Assembly: GCA_045534225.1 (NCBI GenBank)
Contig: JAZSJJ010000009.1
Location: 7,543 to 71,542, forward strand
From: Clostridia bacterium
GTDB taxonomy: Bacteria > Bacillota > Clostridia > TANB77 > CAG-465
Direction of reading: 5' to 3'
DNA length: 64,000 bases
In this document: positions 1-9,335 of the stretch, piece after piece
Layout: each line of letters starts with the position of its first letter
How positions within the stretch are numbered: position 1 is the first letter of the stretch
The notes under the pieces: generated by a model
What the model was told of the DNA's origin: nothing
Databases searched by the model: none
The model's input: only the letters and a program-made list of their open reading frames with translations
Made by a program: the position numbers and the translations under genes

Positions 1-966
1 AAGACCAAGCATTAAACATATACATGTTGTTAATTTTATATTTGCTAATTTATTTTTTATCTTATTAAGAAGATTTGTTATAAGCGCACTAACTCCCGCA
101 AAACCTACTACACTTAACCACGCAAATATATAGATTTTTTCAGGTATAAATAGATTTAAGATTTTTATTCCTATAAAAGATAATATAATATTTATCAATA
201 ACACACATGCGTTATATACTCTATCTTTATTAAATAAAAAATACATTCCAAACACTAAAACTGTAATAAGCCATACACTTCGTGAGTATGTCATTATTAA
301 AGCTAAAGTAAATATATACATTAAACTTGCATACACGTACCACAACATATCTTTTTTATTATTATCTTTATTATTGTTAGTCTCTATATTATTAATCTTA
401 TTTAATTTATCTAAAACTAAAAATATACCTATTGCCATAAGCACAGCAAATGTATTGGCATAGCATAATACAGAAAACATTCTAGCTTCATAATTTACTA
501 CATTAGGTATTCCAATATATTTCATATATCTATATACTGTTCTACCCAACATTTCATCAAATCCAAAGAAAGATAATATTAAAAGTCCAGCAAGCAATAT
601 ATTAATTATCTTTTCTTTACCACTGCTACTTTTATTCAATTTATCTTTTAACATTAAATATATATTAAATAACGCTATGTTTTTGGTTAACGCTATTAAT
701 GTATCTTCTAAATTAGCATAAGAATTAAACAAAAGCGGTATTAATGGAGTTAAGTAAAATAACATAACAAATATATCTATTTTGCTTGTAAATAATTTCT
801 CTTTTTTTACTATTTTATATATTCCTAATATTATTCCTATCCCTATTATACACATACTAAATACCAGTGTATTTTCTTTAAGCGGTGTTCCCACTAGAAC
901 AAAGGATATTAAAAGAATTAGCATAAATATATATTCTGTTCCTTTTGTTACTACATTCTTTAGCAT
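1..966 (-). CDS. O-antigen ligase / Wzy_C-family membrane protein (3' end runs off the window)
   Basis: Not in the ORF track; read manually from ATG at 966 (MLKNVVTKGTEYIFMLILLISFVLVG...). Multiple hydrophobic segments plus the in-frame motifs CYANTFAVLMAIG and LIMTYSRSVW typical of Wzy_C/O-antigen ligase proteins. Confidence 0.75.
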   Translation of the reverse strand, partial: MLKNVVTKGTEYIFMLILLISFVLVGTPLKENTLVFSMCIIGIGIILGIYKIVKKEKLFTSKIDIFVMLFYLTPLIPLLFNSYANLEDTLIALTKNIALFNIYLMLKDKLNKSSSGKEKIINILLAGLLILSFFGFDEMLGRTVYRYMKYIGIPNVVNYEARMFSVLCYANTFAVLMAIGIFLVLDKLNKINNIETNNNKDNNKKDMLWYVYASLMYIFTLALIMTYSRSVWLITVLVFGMYFLFNKDRVYNACVLLINIILSFIGIKILNLFIPEKIYIFAWLSVVGFAGVSALITNLLNKIKNKLANIKLTTCICLMLGL

Positions 967-1023
967 ATATGTTTTATTCCTTTCATCTTATTTTCATTAT
1001 TATATACTATATTGTTTAATAAA

Positions 1024-1057
1024 AAAAGGACCATGAATTATTTATCATCGTCCTTTT
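1024..1057 (-). terminator. Intrinsic terminator after the prepilin-like gene
   Basis: Imperfect hairpin AAAAGGAC-CATGA...TCAT-CGTCCTTTT with an A-run on + (U-tract on -). Confidence 0.55.
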
Positions 1058-1068
1058 ATTCTTAATAT

Positions 1069-2304
1069 TTAATTATTGACATATATATTATATGTTCCAG
1101 GTGTTTTTTGACTTTCGCTTAAAATCACATTATCTGCCAATGTTACAACCGCTCTTACTTCATATTCCGGCGAGTTGCCATAATGCCACGAAATATACAC
1201 ATCGTCATCAAAAACCTCACCGTTTCTTAAACTTCTAATACCAAAACGAACATGATCTGTACGAACATTTATAAACTTAGAATTTAGCCAATATGTTTCA
1301 ACCGTATTATATGGAGCAGATCTGCTTTGGAATATCATACTATATGCAGGCAATGTTGTATCCATATAATCCGCACCAACATAGCCATAATAATCATTTG
1401 TTATTTTAGTTATTTCAGTTGGTGTTGTTGTAAAATATGATGTTTTCCAAGAAGAAGTTGCTTTATCATAATATCTAAAACCGCTATCTTTATGTGAACG
1501 ACTGAAATTACCAGTCACACTACCATTTGTATATTTAGGATAGTCTGATCCATCCCATTCTATCGTTACAGTTGTATTGTATTCATTTATTAAGCCAACA
1601 TTAAATGTTGTTTTATCATATCCAGTTAAAGCATCTATATCTTCTACTTTTATACTTCTAGAGCTAATTCCCATTACTCCGTCTGCATAAGATGCAGCTG
1701 CAGTGTCAAGAATCGTTTCGGCATTTACCCAACCATCTCTTATATATAGTTCAACTTTATCTTCTGTAACACCCGCATTAGATAAAATTAAAAGTCTTCC
1801 ATTGGCATCAGCGCCCATTATCTTCCAACCTTCAGTATAGTTAGTATCTCCAACTCCGCCAGGCATATAATCTATAGTAGCACCTACATTTAGTTCTACT
1901 GTACCGTTTGTTACAACGGCTTTAGTAACCTTTCCTGAAGTTTTAGTGATTTTTAGTTCCCACGGCCCTACAAGTAATGTTCCTGCTTTTTCCTTATCTA
2001 TTACTGTTACACCTTTATCTGTAACTGTAATATTATAATCATAAGGATTTACTCCACCCTCTCTTAGTGTTTCATAGACCTTATCTCTTAAATCTGCTCC
2101 TCTATATTTTTCCAAAAACGCTTCCGACCACGCAATCGAAGCTATTTGCTCTACTTGTTTTATATTAGTTTTATCTACTGCATCACCTGCTCTATCTATA
2201 ATATTAGCATTACTAAGTGTTACTACTACCGCAGATGCTAGTATTATCATAACAATTATTGTTATAACCAACACTATTAATGATATACCTTGTCTCTTTT
2301 TCAT
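1069..2304 (-). CDS. Prepilin-type (class III signal peptide) surface protein, 411 aa
   Basis: N-terminus KKRQG|ISLIVLVITIIVMIILA is a type IV prepilin-like cleavage site plus hydrophobic helix (no Glu5); C-terminal YWLNS...FGIR...VRAVVTL segment. Confidence 0.8.
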   Translation of the reverse strand: MKKRQGISLIVLVITIIVMIILASAVVVTLSNANIIDRAGDAVDKTNIKQVEQIASIAWSEAFLEKYRGADLRDKVYETLREGGVNPYDYNITVTDKGVTVIDKEKAGTLLVGPWELKITKTSGKVTKAVVTNGTVELNVGATIDYMPGGVGDTNYTEGWKIMGADANGRLLILSNAGVTEDKVELYIRDGWVNAETILDTAAASYADGVMGISSRSIKVEDIDALTGYDKTTFNVGLINEYNTTVTIEWDGSDYPKYTNGSVTGNFSRSHKDSGFRYYDKATSSWKTSYFTTTPTEITKITNDYYGYVGADYMDTTLPAYSMIFQSRSAPYNTVETYWLNSKFINVRTDHVRFGIRSLRNGEVFDDDVYISWHYGNSPEYEVRAVVTLADNVILSESQKTPGTYNIYVNN

Positions 2305-2363
2305 TTGTTCCTCCGTAATTTATATATAAATATTATTATATTTTTATTTTTTATTCAACATTT

Positions 2364-2987
2364 TTAATTAACTTTTCTCTTATTTATAATTCTTAAAAAG
2401 ATTACAGATATAGTCCTAAAAACTATTTTTATATCTAATCCTAATGAAATGTTTTCTACATAATATAATTCCATTTTCATACGTTCTTCATATGTTGTAT
2501 TTTCATCAGAAAACGCACACCAATATCCAGTTATACCTGGTCTTACACTAAGCAGCTTTTCTTTGTCTTCTTTATATCTTTCAACTTCATCTAAAACAAC
2601 CGGCCTTGGCCCTATTAAAGATAAATCCCCTTTTAATACATTTACTAGTTGTGGGAGTTCATCTAATCCACTTTTTCTTAAAAACTTCCCAACTTTAGTT
2701 ATTCTTGGATCGTTATTAAGTTTGTAATTTATCTTGTATTCTTCTAATTGTTCTTTAGAAAATTCTTCTAGTCTTTTATCTGCATCATGTACCATTGTTC
2801 TAAATTTAATTATGTTAAACTTTTTACCATCCTTCTTTATACGTTCTTGTAAATAAAAAACTTTTCCTTTAGAATCTAGTTTTATTACAAGTGCTATCAA
2901 AAGAAATATTGGTAATAACAATATTATTCCAATTAAAGATATTAATATATCTAGTACCCTCTTTATTACTTTATATACTTTCTTCAC
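2364..2987 (-). CDS. Priming sugar (phosphoglycosyl) transferase, Bac_transf family
   Basis: KRVLDI, KFRTM, DPRITKVGKFLRKSGLDELPQLVNVLKGDLSLIGPRP motifs. Confidence 0.93.
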   Translation of the reverse strand: MKKVYKVIKRVLDILISLIGIILLLPIFLLIALVIKLDSKGKVFYLQERIKKDGKKFNIIKFRTMVHDADKRLEEFSKEQLEEYKINYKLNNDPRITKVGKFLRKSGLDELPQLVNVLKGDLSLIGPRPVVLDEVERYKEDKEKLLSVRPGITGYWCAFSDENTTYEERMKMELYYVENISLGLDIKIVFRTISVIFLRIINKRKVN

Positions 2988-4365
2988 TTTTTCTTCCTTT
3001 ATACTCCTTAAATATATCTAATATATTATCCTTAAACACAAAAATTGTAAACAGAAATAATGCTATTGATAGATACCAATTTACCATTAATGTAGCAGTA
3101 CTAAACAATATATATGCTAGCAACAGCAACACTGTTTTAACATTATTTATCCTTACTTTAACGTATTTTCTTGCAAATATTAAGCTAGTTATTAACATTG
3201 TTAATGCTCCTGAAAATTGTGCTAAAACTACTCCTAATACCCCAACTCTTCTAATACTTAAAAACATTACCATTATTGTAACTACTACTCCAATTAATGT
3301 TGCAAGTAGGCTATATTTATTCTTGCTATATTTCTTAAATACGGTAGAAATATGATTTACAAGTGTTAAAAATATAAAATACAAAATAAGTAATGGTACA
3401 TACTTCTTAGACTCATAATACTTTGTTTTCTCTATTATTTTATACACTGTCATTATTAACGGCATTGCAATTATTCCTAAAGTTATATAACCATTTGTAA
3501 GTTTATTTGTTACATTAGCAAACTCTTTATTAAATTTATCTTTTGAAAGAGTTAACATTTCTTCTGATATTGCCGCACCTAATATCGTAGATATAAATGT
3601 TATAATTATTGTAAATTTATGTGCAAAAGAATATATTCCATTTGCCTCATCACTTATATAATTTTGTATAACAAACTTACTTAGTCCTGTTATTCCCCAT
3701 GTTAAAATAGCAGCTATAACAAGCGGCATAGAATATTTAATCATGTTATTTAACATAGATAAATCTATGTTATTTTTCTTAATATACGCTAAAATATGTT
3801 CCTTAAACTCTATTATACATATACTTGTAATTGTTCCAAGTAAGCTAGAAACAAACAATGCAACAAGTTGTAATCTAAAGCATACAACCATAATAACCAC
3901 TGAAACTATACTTACTACATTTCCAATTACGCTAGATTTAACATACACATCATATTTGTTAAGTATCTTTAGATAATGTTGCCACATTATTCTAATACCA
4001 TCTATCACAAATGTTAAAGTTACAAAGGTTGGTATTAAAATACCAGAATTATTAAAACAAAAATATGTTATGCATACTATAGTAAGTATAACAGCCATAC
4101 CTAATGTAAATATTGCGCTTGTACCAATTACTTTTTGCTTATTTACTTTTTCATCTAATCCAAACTTTAATATTGCTTCCCATATACTTAAGAAAGAAAA
4201 CGGGACAACTATATTTATTAAAGATTGAACATATTCATAATCTCCAAAATTGTCTGGAGATATGTAAAAGGCATAAAGAATCACTAAACAAAAGGAAAAA
4301 ACTTTTGTTAATGCATTAGATATAAAATACGAATTTACTCTTTTAAGTAATCTAGCCTTTTCCAC
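2971..4365 (-). CDS. wzx: Wzx-like oligosaccharide flippase (polysaccharide biosynthesis protein)
   Basis: About 12-14 TM segments, ISPDNFGDYEY N-terminal motif, GIYSFAHKF; sits between GT and priming transferase. Confidence 0.85.
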   Translation of the reverse strand: MEKARLLKRVNSYFISNALTKVFSFCLVILYAFYISPDNFGDYEYVQSLINIVVPFSFLSIWEAILKFGLDEKVNKQKVIGTSAIFTLGMAVILTIVCITYFCFNNSGILIPTFVTLTFVIDGIRIMWQHYLKILNKYDVYVKSSVIGNVVSIVSVVIMVVCFRLQLVALFVSSLLGTITSICIIEFKEHILAYIKKNNIDLSMLNNMIKYSMPLVIAAILTWGITGLSKFVIQNYISDEANGIYSFAHKFTIIITFISTILGAAISEEMLTLSKDKFNKEFANVTNKLTNGYITLGIIAMPLIMTVYKIIEKTKYYESKKYVPLLILYFIFLTLVNHISTVFKKYSKNKYSLLATLIGVVVTIMVMFLSIRRVGVLGVVLAQFSGALTMLITSLIFARKYVKVRINNVKTVLLLLAYILFSTATLMVNWYLSIALFLFTIFVFKDNILDIFKEYKGRKSEESI

Positions 4366-5945
4366 TATTTATACTCCTTTGCTCCTTTTAACATATTTTT
4401 TAATGCAAGTCTAAAACTTACACTCTTTTTATACATCGGATATTTTCTAATTACATATTGTAATATCCAAAACAAATACCACTTCTTTGTTAATCTTTTA
4501 TATACCTTGCCTTGTATATAGAAATAATTTTCATCGTAATCTTTTAACCATGTACTTTCTGTTTGATCAATATCTGCAATCTTTTTATTAACAAATACTA
4601 CATTAAGATTCTTTCTTAAAGCCTCATAAATTAATATTTGTTCTTCACCCCTATTGTTAGGTGCCCCTATGCCAAAATCTTCGTCAAATCTAATTTTAGC
4701 TCTCTCAAATGATGCTTTTTTTATACTCATCTCTGCAGATATTATTTTCATAGCGTTTATATATCCAAGCTTACCTGTTCTAATTCTCTTTGTTTTTCTT
4801 TTGTTATTTGTACTTTCTACATAAAAGCAAATCATATCCGCTTTAGGATGTTCTAAATAGGCATCTAATACTATCTCAGAATAGTTGTCTAAATATTTAA
4901 CATCATCATCTGTAAAAAGAATTACATCTGACTTGCAATTATCTAATGCTGTATTTCTACTTTTACTTAATCCCCTCTCGAACCTTGTAACTACATTTTC
5001 ATTAGATATATTTATATTATCTTTATCCGTTTGATTTACTATTAAATAATCTGATGTAATCTTCATTTTATTAATAATGTTATTTACATCTTCATCGTTT
5101 TTTAGATGCATTGTAGACAATGCTACAGATAAAGTATTATCTTTTCTAACACTGTATTTTCCACCACGTTTTTTCACAGCATTAAACATATAATGCATAA
5201 AGCAATATATACTCTTAAAGATGTTTAGTTTCTCTATCTTTCTATATAACTTCCATCTAAAATATGCACTTTTAATCTTATTTCCACTTCTTGATTTTTC
5301 TGTTATTCTACAATATGCAAGCGTTTTATTTAAGCCATAAGCACTGTATCCATTTTTTAATATTTTCCACCAAGTAGCCATATCTTCATGTTTGAAACGG
5401 GGCATATAACACAAATACTTAGGAATCTTTTGTAAATCTATTAATGCTGTTATTGTTAGAATTCTAGTATTTAGAAGCGCGGTATCATAGTCCAACTCAA
5501 ATGGGACTTCTATCTTTTTGCTTATCTTGCTTCCATCATCTGTAATATACTTAAACGCAGAGTATGTAAAAGCATAGTTATTTCCTTTAGCGAATTTTAT
5601 CTGTTCTTCAAGTCTATGTGGAAGCCATAAATCATCTGAATCTAAAAAAGCAATATAACGTCCACTTGCTTTTCTTATACCAATATTTCTTGCAAAAGAG
5701 ACGCCCATATTTCTCCTAAGCTTAATTAGTGTGAACTTAGCATTATTCTTTGTGTATTCTTCAAGTATACTAATACTAGCATCTGTAGATGCATCATCTA
5801 CAAATATTACCTCGTAGTTTGTATATGTTTGATTAAGAATACTTTGTAGTGTTTCTTTTATATATTTTTCTCTATTGTATACAGGAACTATTATCGTGAC
5901 TAAATCTTCGTTTTTCATATATACATATACCCTCTCTTGTTGCAA
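4365..5945 (-). CDS. Two-domain GT2 glycosyltransferase (TuaG-like N-domain plus second GT-A domain); likely start 5918
   Basis: VTIIVPVYN, VDDASTD, FLDSDD in first half; second GT-A with RGLSKSRN, FTDDD, RFDEDFG. Confidence 0.88.
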   Translation of the reverse strand: MQQERVYVYMKNEDLVTIIVPVYNREKYIKETLQSILNQTYTNYEVIFVDDASTDASISILEEYTKNNAKFTLIKLRRNMGVSFARNIGIRKASGRYIAFLDSDDLWLPHRLEEQIKFAKGNNYAFTYSAFKYITDDGSKISKKIEVPFELDYDTALLNTRILTITALIDLQKIPKYLCYMPRFKHEDMATWWKILKNGYSAYGLNKTLAYCRITEKSRSGNKIKSAYFRWKLYRKIEKLNIFKSIYCFMHYMFNAVKKRGGKYSVRKDNTLSVALSTMHLKNDEDVNNIINKMKITSDYLIVNQTDKDNINISNENVVTRFERGLSKSRNTALDNCKSDVILFTDDDVKYLDNYSEIVLDAYLEHPKADMICFYVESTNNKRKTKRIRTGKLGYINAMKIISAEMSIKKASFERAKIRFDEDFGIGAPNNRGEEQILIYEALRKNLNVVFVNKKIADIDQTESTWLKDYDENYFYIQGKVYKRLTKKWYLFWILQYVIRKYPMYKKSVSFRLALKNMLKGAKEYK

Positions 5946-5994
5946 ATTGTATCACAAAGATACAAAAAAGAAAAGAAATTTATTTTGAACATCT

Positions 5995-6023
5995 AACAAT
6001 TCAAGGCACTCTTACATAAAATA
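5995..6023 (+). promoter_or_regulatory. Possible sigma-K/E-type sporulation promoter
   Basis: AACA-16 nt-CATAAAATA upstream of the GAGGTG RBS of the Cys-rich ORF; matches the mother-cell consensus AC-N16/17-CATAnnnTA. Confidence 0.4.
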
Positions 6024-6051
6024 TACAAAAACTATTTTTATGAGGTGTATT

Positions 6052-6303
6052 ATGAATAACATTAATAACTCTAACTTGATAAACAAACTCCTGTGTTGTC
6101 TAAATCCTCGTTTTAGACTGCCTTGTAATCATTATGTATGTGGTTGCAATCTAGCTTTATTCTCTTCAATCGCTCAAGTAGAAAATTGTTTAACTAGTGC
6201 TACTAACAGTTGCAAATGTTTAATTGCAAATAACAAAAAGTGTTTAAGAGAATCTAAAGATAGAATAGATACTATGGAAAATCCTAACGAAAATACACAA
6301 TAA
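6052..6303 (+). CDS. Small Cys/Asn-rich hypothetical protein (about 83 aa)
   Basis: RBS GAGGTG then ATG at 6052; fills an otherwise empty gap; many Cys residues. Confidence 0.6.
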   Translation: MNNINNSNLINKLLCCLNPRFRLPCNHYVCGCNLALFSSIAQVENCLTSATNSCKCLIANNKKCLRESKDRIDTMENPNENTQ

Positions 6304-6416
6304 ATATACATATATATGTGCTCTTTTGTGGGTTGTATTTTAGTTCCTTTTGTGCTATACTGTCCTTGACAGAAGATAAAAAATATTGCTAAAAATATTT
6401 TAAGGGGGATTTTTTA

Positions 6417-7682
6417 GTGGAAAAAATAATAGTTAATGGGCCTTGTCGCCTTGAAGGTGAAGTTACAATTTCTGGTGCAAAAAATGCAGCAGTTGCAATA
6501 CTTCCAGCTACGTTACTAGTTGCTGGCAAATGTCATTTAGAGAACGTACCTAACATTTCAGATATACGTGCTTTCGTTAAAATATTAGAAAGCTTAGGTT
6601 CTAAAATAGAATACGTTTCTGAACATGAAATGATAATAGATAACACAAATATACATACAACAGTAGCTCCATATGATTTAACAAGTAAATTTAGAGCGTC
6701 ATACTACCTACTTGGAGCTCTTTTAAGCCGTTTTGGTAATGCTCAAATAAGCCTACCTGGCGGATGTAATATTGGTGCAAGACCAATAGATCAACATATT
6801 AAAGCATTTGAAACTTTAGGTGCAGAAGTTGAAGTTAAAAGAGGAAATGTTTATGCTACTTCTAAAAAATTAGAAGCATCTTCTATCTTCTTTGATGTTG
6901 TTACAGTTGGAGGAACAATTAATGCAATACTTGCAGCTACTTTAGTTCCTGGTACAACAACAATAGAAAACTGTGCTAAAGAACCACACATAGTTGACGT
7001 AGCTAACTTCTTAAACTCTGTTGGTGCTAACATAAAAGGTGCTGGTACAGATGTTATTAAAGTTACAGGTGTTAAAAGCTTAAAACAAACTTCAAGCTAT
7101 GCAATCATACCAGACCAAATTGAAGCTGGTACATTTATGGTTGCTGCCGCAGCTACTCGTGGTGATGTTTTAATTAAAAACTGTATTCCAAAACATATGG
7201 AACCAATATCTGCAAAACTAGAAGAATCTGGTGCAGAAGTTATAGAATACGAAGATAGTATTAGAGTTAGAATGAACAAAGCGCCAAAAGCCATAAACAT
7301 TAAAACTCTACCATACCCAGGCTTCCCTACAGATATGCAACCACAATTTGGTACATATTTAACACTTGCAACTGGAAGTTCAATGATAGTTGAAAGTATT
7401 TGGGAATCTCGTTTCCAATATACTGCTGAACTTGTTAAAATGGGTGCTACTATCTCTTACCATGATAGAACAGCAATGTTTACTGGTGTAAAAGAACTTT
7501 ATGGTTCTCCAGTTAAAGCAATGGACTTAAGAGCTGGTGCTGCTATGATAATTGCAGGTCTTACTGCTCATGGTGCAACAGAAATATATGACATACACCA
7601 CATTGAACGTGGTTACGAAAATATCGTAGATAAATTCAAAGCACTTGGTGCTAATATTGAATACGAAATTACAAACGACTAA
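6417..7682 (+). CDS. murA: UDP-N-acetylglucosamine 1-carboxyvinyltransferase
   Basis: SGAKNAA, LPGGCNIGARPIDQH (active Cys), PYPGFPTDMQ, DLRAGAA, HIERGYE. Confidence 0.97.
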   Translation: MEKIIVNGPCRLEGEVTISGAKNAAVAILPATLLVAGKCHLENVPNISDIRAFVKILESLGSKIEYVSEHEMIIDNTNIHTTVAPYDLTSKFRASYYLLGALLSRFGNAQISLPGGCNIGARPIDQHIKAFETLGAEVEVKRGNVYATSKKLEASSIFFDVVTVGGTINAILAATLVPGTTTIENCAKEPHIVDVANFLNSVGANIKGAGTDVIKVTGVKSLKQTSSYAIIPDQIEAGTFMVAAAATRGDVLIKNCIPKHMEPISAKLEESGAEVIEYEDSIRVRMNKAPKAINIKTLPYPGFPTDMQPQFGTYLTLATGSSMIVESIWESRFQYTAELVKMGATISYHDRTAMFTGVKELYGSPVKAMDLRAGAAMIIAGLTAHGATEIYDIHHIERGYENIVDKFKALGANIEYEITND

Positions 7683-7700
7683 TAAGAAACGGAGCGTATT

Positions 7701-8495
7701 ATGCTAAAACTATATCCATTATATAGTGGCAGTTCAGGTAATATGTATTTAATTAGATCCCCAAAGGCTACTGTAATAGTAGACATTGGGGTTTCTTTTA
7801 AGTCACTTACAGAATCTTTAGATACCCTTGGTATCAACATTTCTGAAATTGACGCCCTATTTATTACCCATGAACATATAGATCACACAAAAGGTGTTGC
7901 CACTTTAATTAACAAAACAGATATACCAATATATACATCTAACGGAACTAAAACATATCTTTTAGATAAACATAAAGACAAGCTAAAAAAAGAGCCCGTA
8001 TTTGTTACTGTAAGCCAAAATAACGAGTTTTATCTTAAAGACATAATAATTACACCATTTAGAATTTCACACGATGCTAAAGAACCGCTAGGCTTTACAT
8101 TTGCAAATGAGGAATCTATACTAACAATAGCTACAGACTTAGGTTATGTTTCAGATGATGTATATAAACATCTTTCAGATTCAACATTTACAGTCCTAGA
8201 GTGTAACTATGATAGAAACCTACTTATGTATGGTCCTTACTCTTACCCACTTAAATGTAGAATACAAAGCGATATTGGTCACTTATCTAATGATGACACA
8301 TCTGACACAATACTATGCCTTGCTAAAGAAGGAAAACGAAATTTCCTTTTAGGACACATTAGTGAAAACAATAATGAACCCGAACAAGCACTATTTGCTG
8401 TTAACCAAACATTACAAAACAATGGTTTTGATTTAAATGAGTTTAACATCCACTGTGCTACTAGAGATGTTTCATACGAGGAGTACGTTTTATGA
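7701..8495 (+). CDS. MBL-fold metallo-hydrolase, YycJ/WalJ-like
   Basis: SGSSGN, THEHIDH, SHDA, ATDLG, LECNYD, GHLSN, LGHISENNN; classic position upstream of rlmH. Confidence 0.9.
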   Translation: MLKLYPLYSGSSGNMYLIRSPKATVIVDIGVSFKSLTESLDTLGINISEIDALFITHEHIDHTKGVATLINKTDIPIYTSNGTKTYLLDKHKDKLKKEPVFVTVSQNNEFYLKDIIITPFRISHDAKEPLGFTFANEESILTIATDLGYVSDDVYKHLSDSTFTVLECNYDRNLLMYGPYSYPLKCRIQSDIGHLSNDDTSDTILCLAKEGKRNFLLGHISENNNEPEQALFAVNQTLQNNGFDLNEFNIHCATRDVSYEEYVL

Positions 8496-8980
8496 TAAAT
8501 ATAAAGATAATATGTATAGGAGATTTAAAAGAAAAATATTTAAGAGAATATGAAGCAGAATATGTAAAAAGACTTTCTAAATATTGCAAGTTAGAAATAA
8601 TATGCTTAAAGGATGAAAAGCTCCCTACTACACTTAATGAAAGTAACATTAATATTGTTAAAGAAAAAGAAGGACAAGCAATACTTCAAAAATTAAATAA
8701 TATAAACAACTCATTTAATTTTGTGTTAGATGAACATGGAAAAGAATTTACTTCTGTGGAACTTAGCGAAAAATTAGCTAAGATTCCTACCGAAGGTAAC
8801 TCCACTATTACATTTGTTATTGGTGGAAGTTTAGGTTTAAGTGAAAATGTTAAGAAAAGCGCGAATGTATTACTTTCGTTTTCAAAATTTACTTTCCCTC
8901 ATCAAATGATTAGAATATTCCTTCTAGAGCAGATATTTAGGGCGTTTAAGATAAATTCAGGTGAAACATATCACCACTAG
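8492..8980 (+). CDS. rlmH: 23S rRNA pseudouridine-1915 N3-methyltransferase
   Basis: GDLKEKY, EYVKRL, FVIGGSLGL, SKFTFPHQMIRIFLLEQIFRAFKI...YHH. Confidence 0.96.
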   Translation: MINIKIICIGDLKEKYLREYEAEYVKRLSKYCKLEIICLKDEKLPTTLNESNINIVKEKEGQAILQKLNNINNSFNFVLDEHGKEFTSVELSEKLAKIPTEGNSTITFVIGGSLGLSENVKKSANVLLSFSKFTFPHQMIRIFLLEQIFRAFKINSGETYHH

Positions 8981-9043
8981 AATATAAAAAAATACTTGTA
9001 TTTATTTTACAGCTATGGTATTATCTTATCGAGGTGTAAAATT

Positions 9044-9283
9044 ATGAAATCAACAGGAATAGTTAGAAAAGTAGATGAATTAGGAAGAATCGTACTTCCA
9101 ATGGAACTTAGAAGAACTTTAGGTGTAGATACAAAAGATGCTTTAGAAATCTATGTAGAAGGCGAATCTATAATTCTTAAAAAATATGCTCCTTGCTGCA
9201 TATTCTGTGGTGAAGGAAATGACGTTACAGTATTTAAAGATAAAAACGTTTGTGCAAAATGCAAAAAAGAACTTGCTAAATAA
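9044..9283 (+). CDS. abrB: AbrB/MazE/SpoVT-family transition-state regulator with Zn-ribbon tail
   Basis: MKSTGIVRKVDELGRIVLPMELRR and CxxC...CxxC tail; RBS GAGGTG before ATG 9044. Confidence 0.9.
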   Translation: MKSTGIVRKVDELGRIVLPMELRRTLGVDTKDALEIYVEGESIILKKYAPCCIFCGEGNDVTVFKDKNVCAKCKKELAK

Positions 9284-9306
9284 TCTAACAAAACATATAA
9301 AATTAA

Positions 9307-9335
9307 CCCTTGACTAAGTCAAGGGCTCTTTTTTT
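9307..9335. terminator. Bidirectional terminator between abrB and uvrB
   Basis: CCCTTGAC-TAA-GTCAAGGG hairpin followed by a T-run, between convergent genes. Confidence 0.75.

Noticed and set aside
1069-2304. Diversity-generating retroelement
   Set aside because: No reverse transcriptase, accessory gene or template repeat in the window; only the target-like domain is suggestive.
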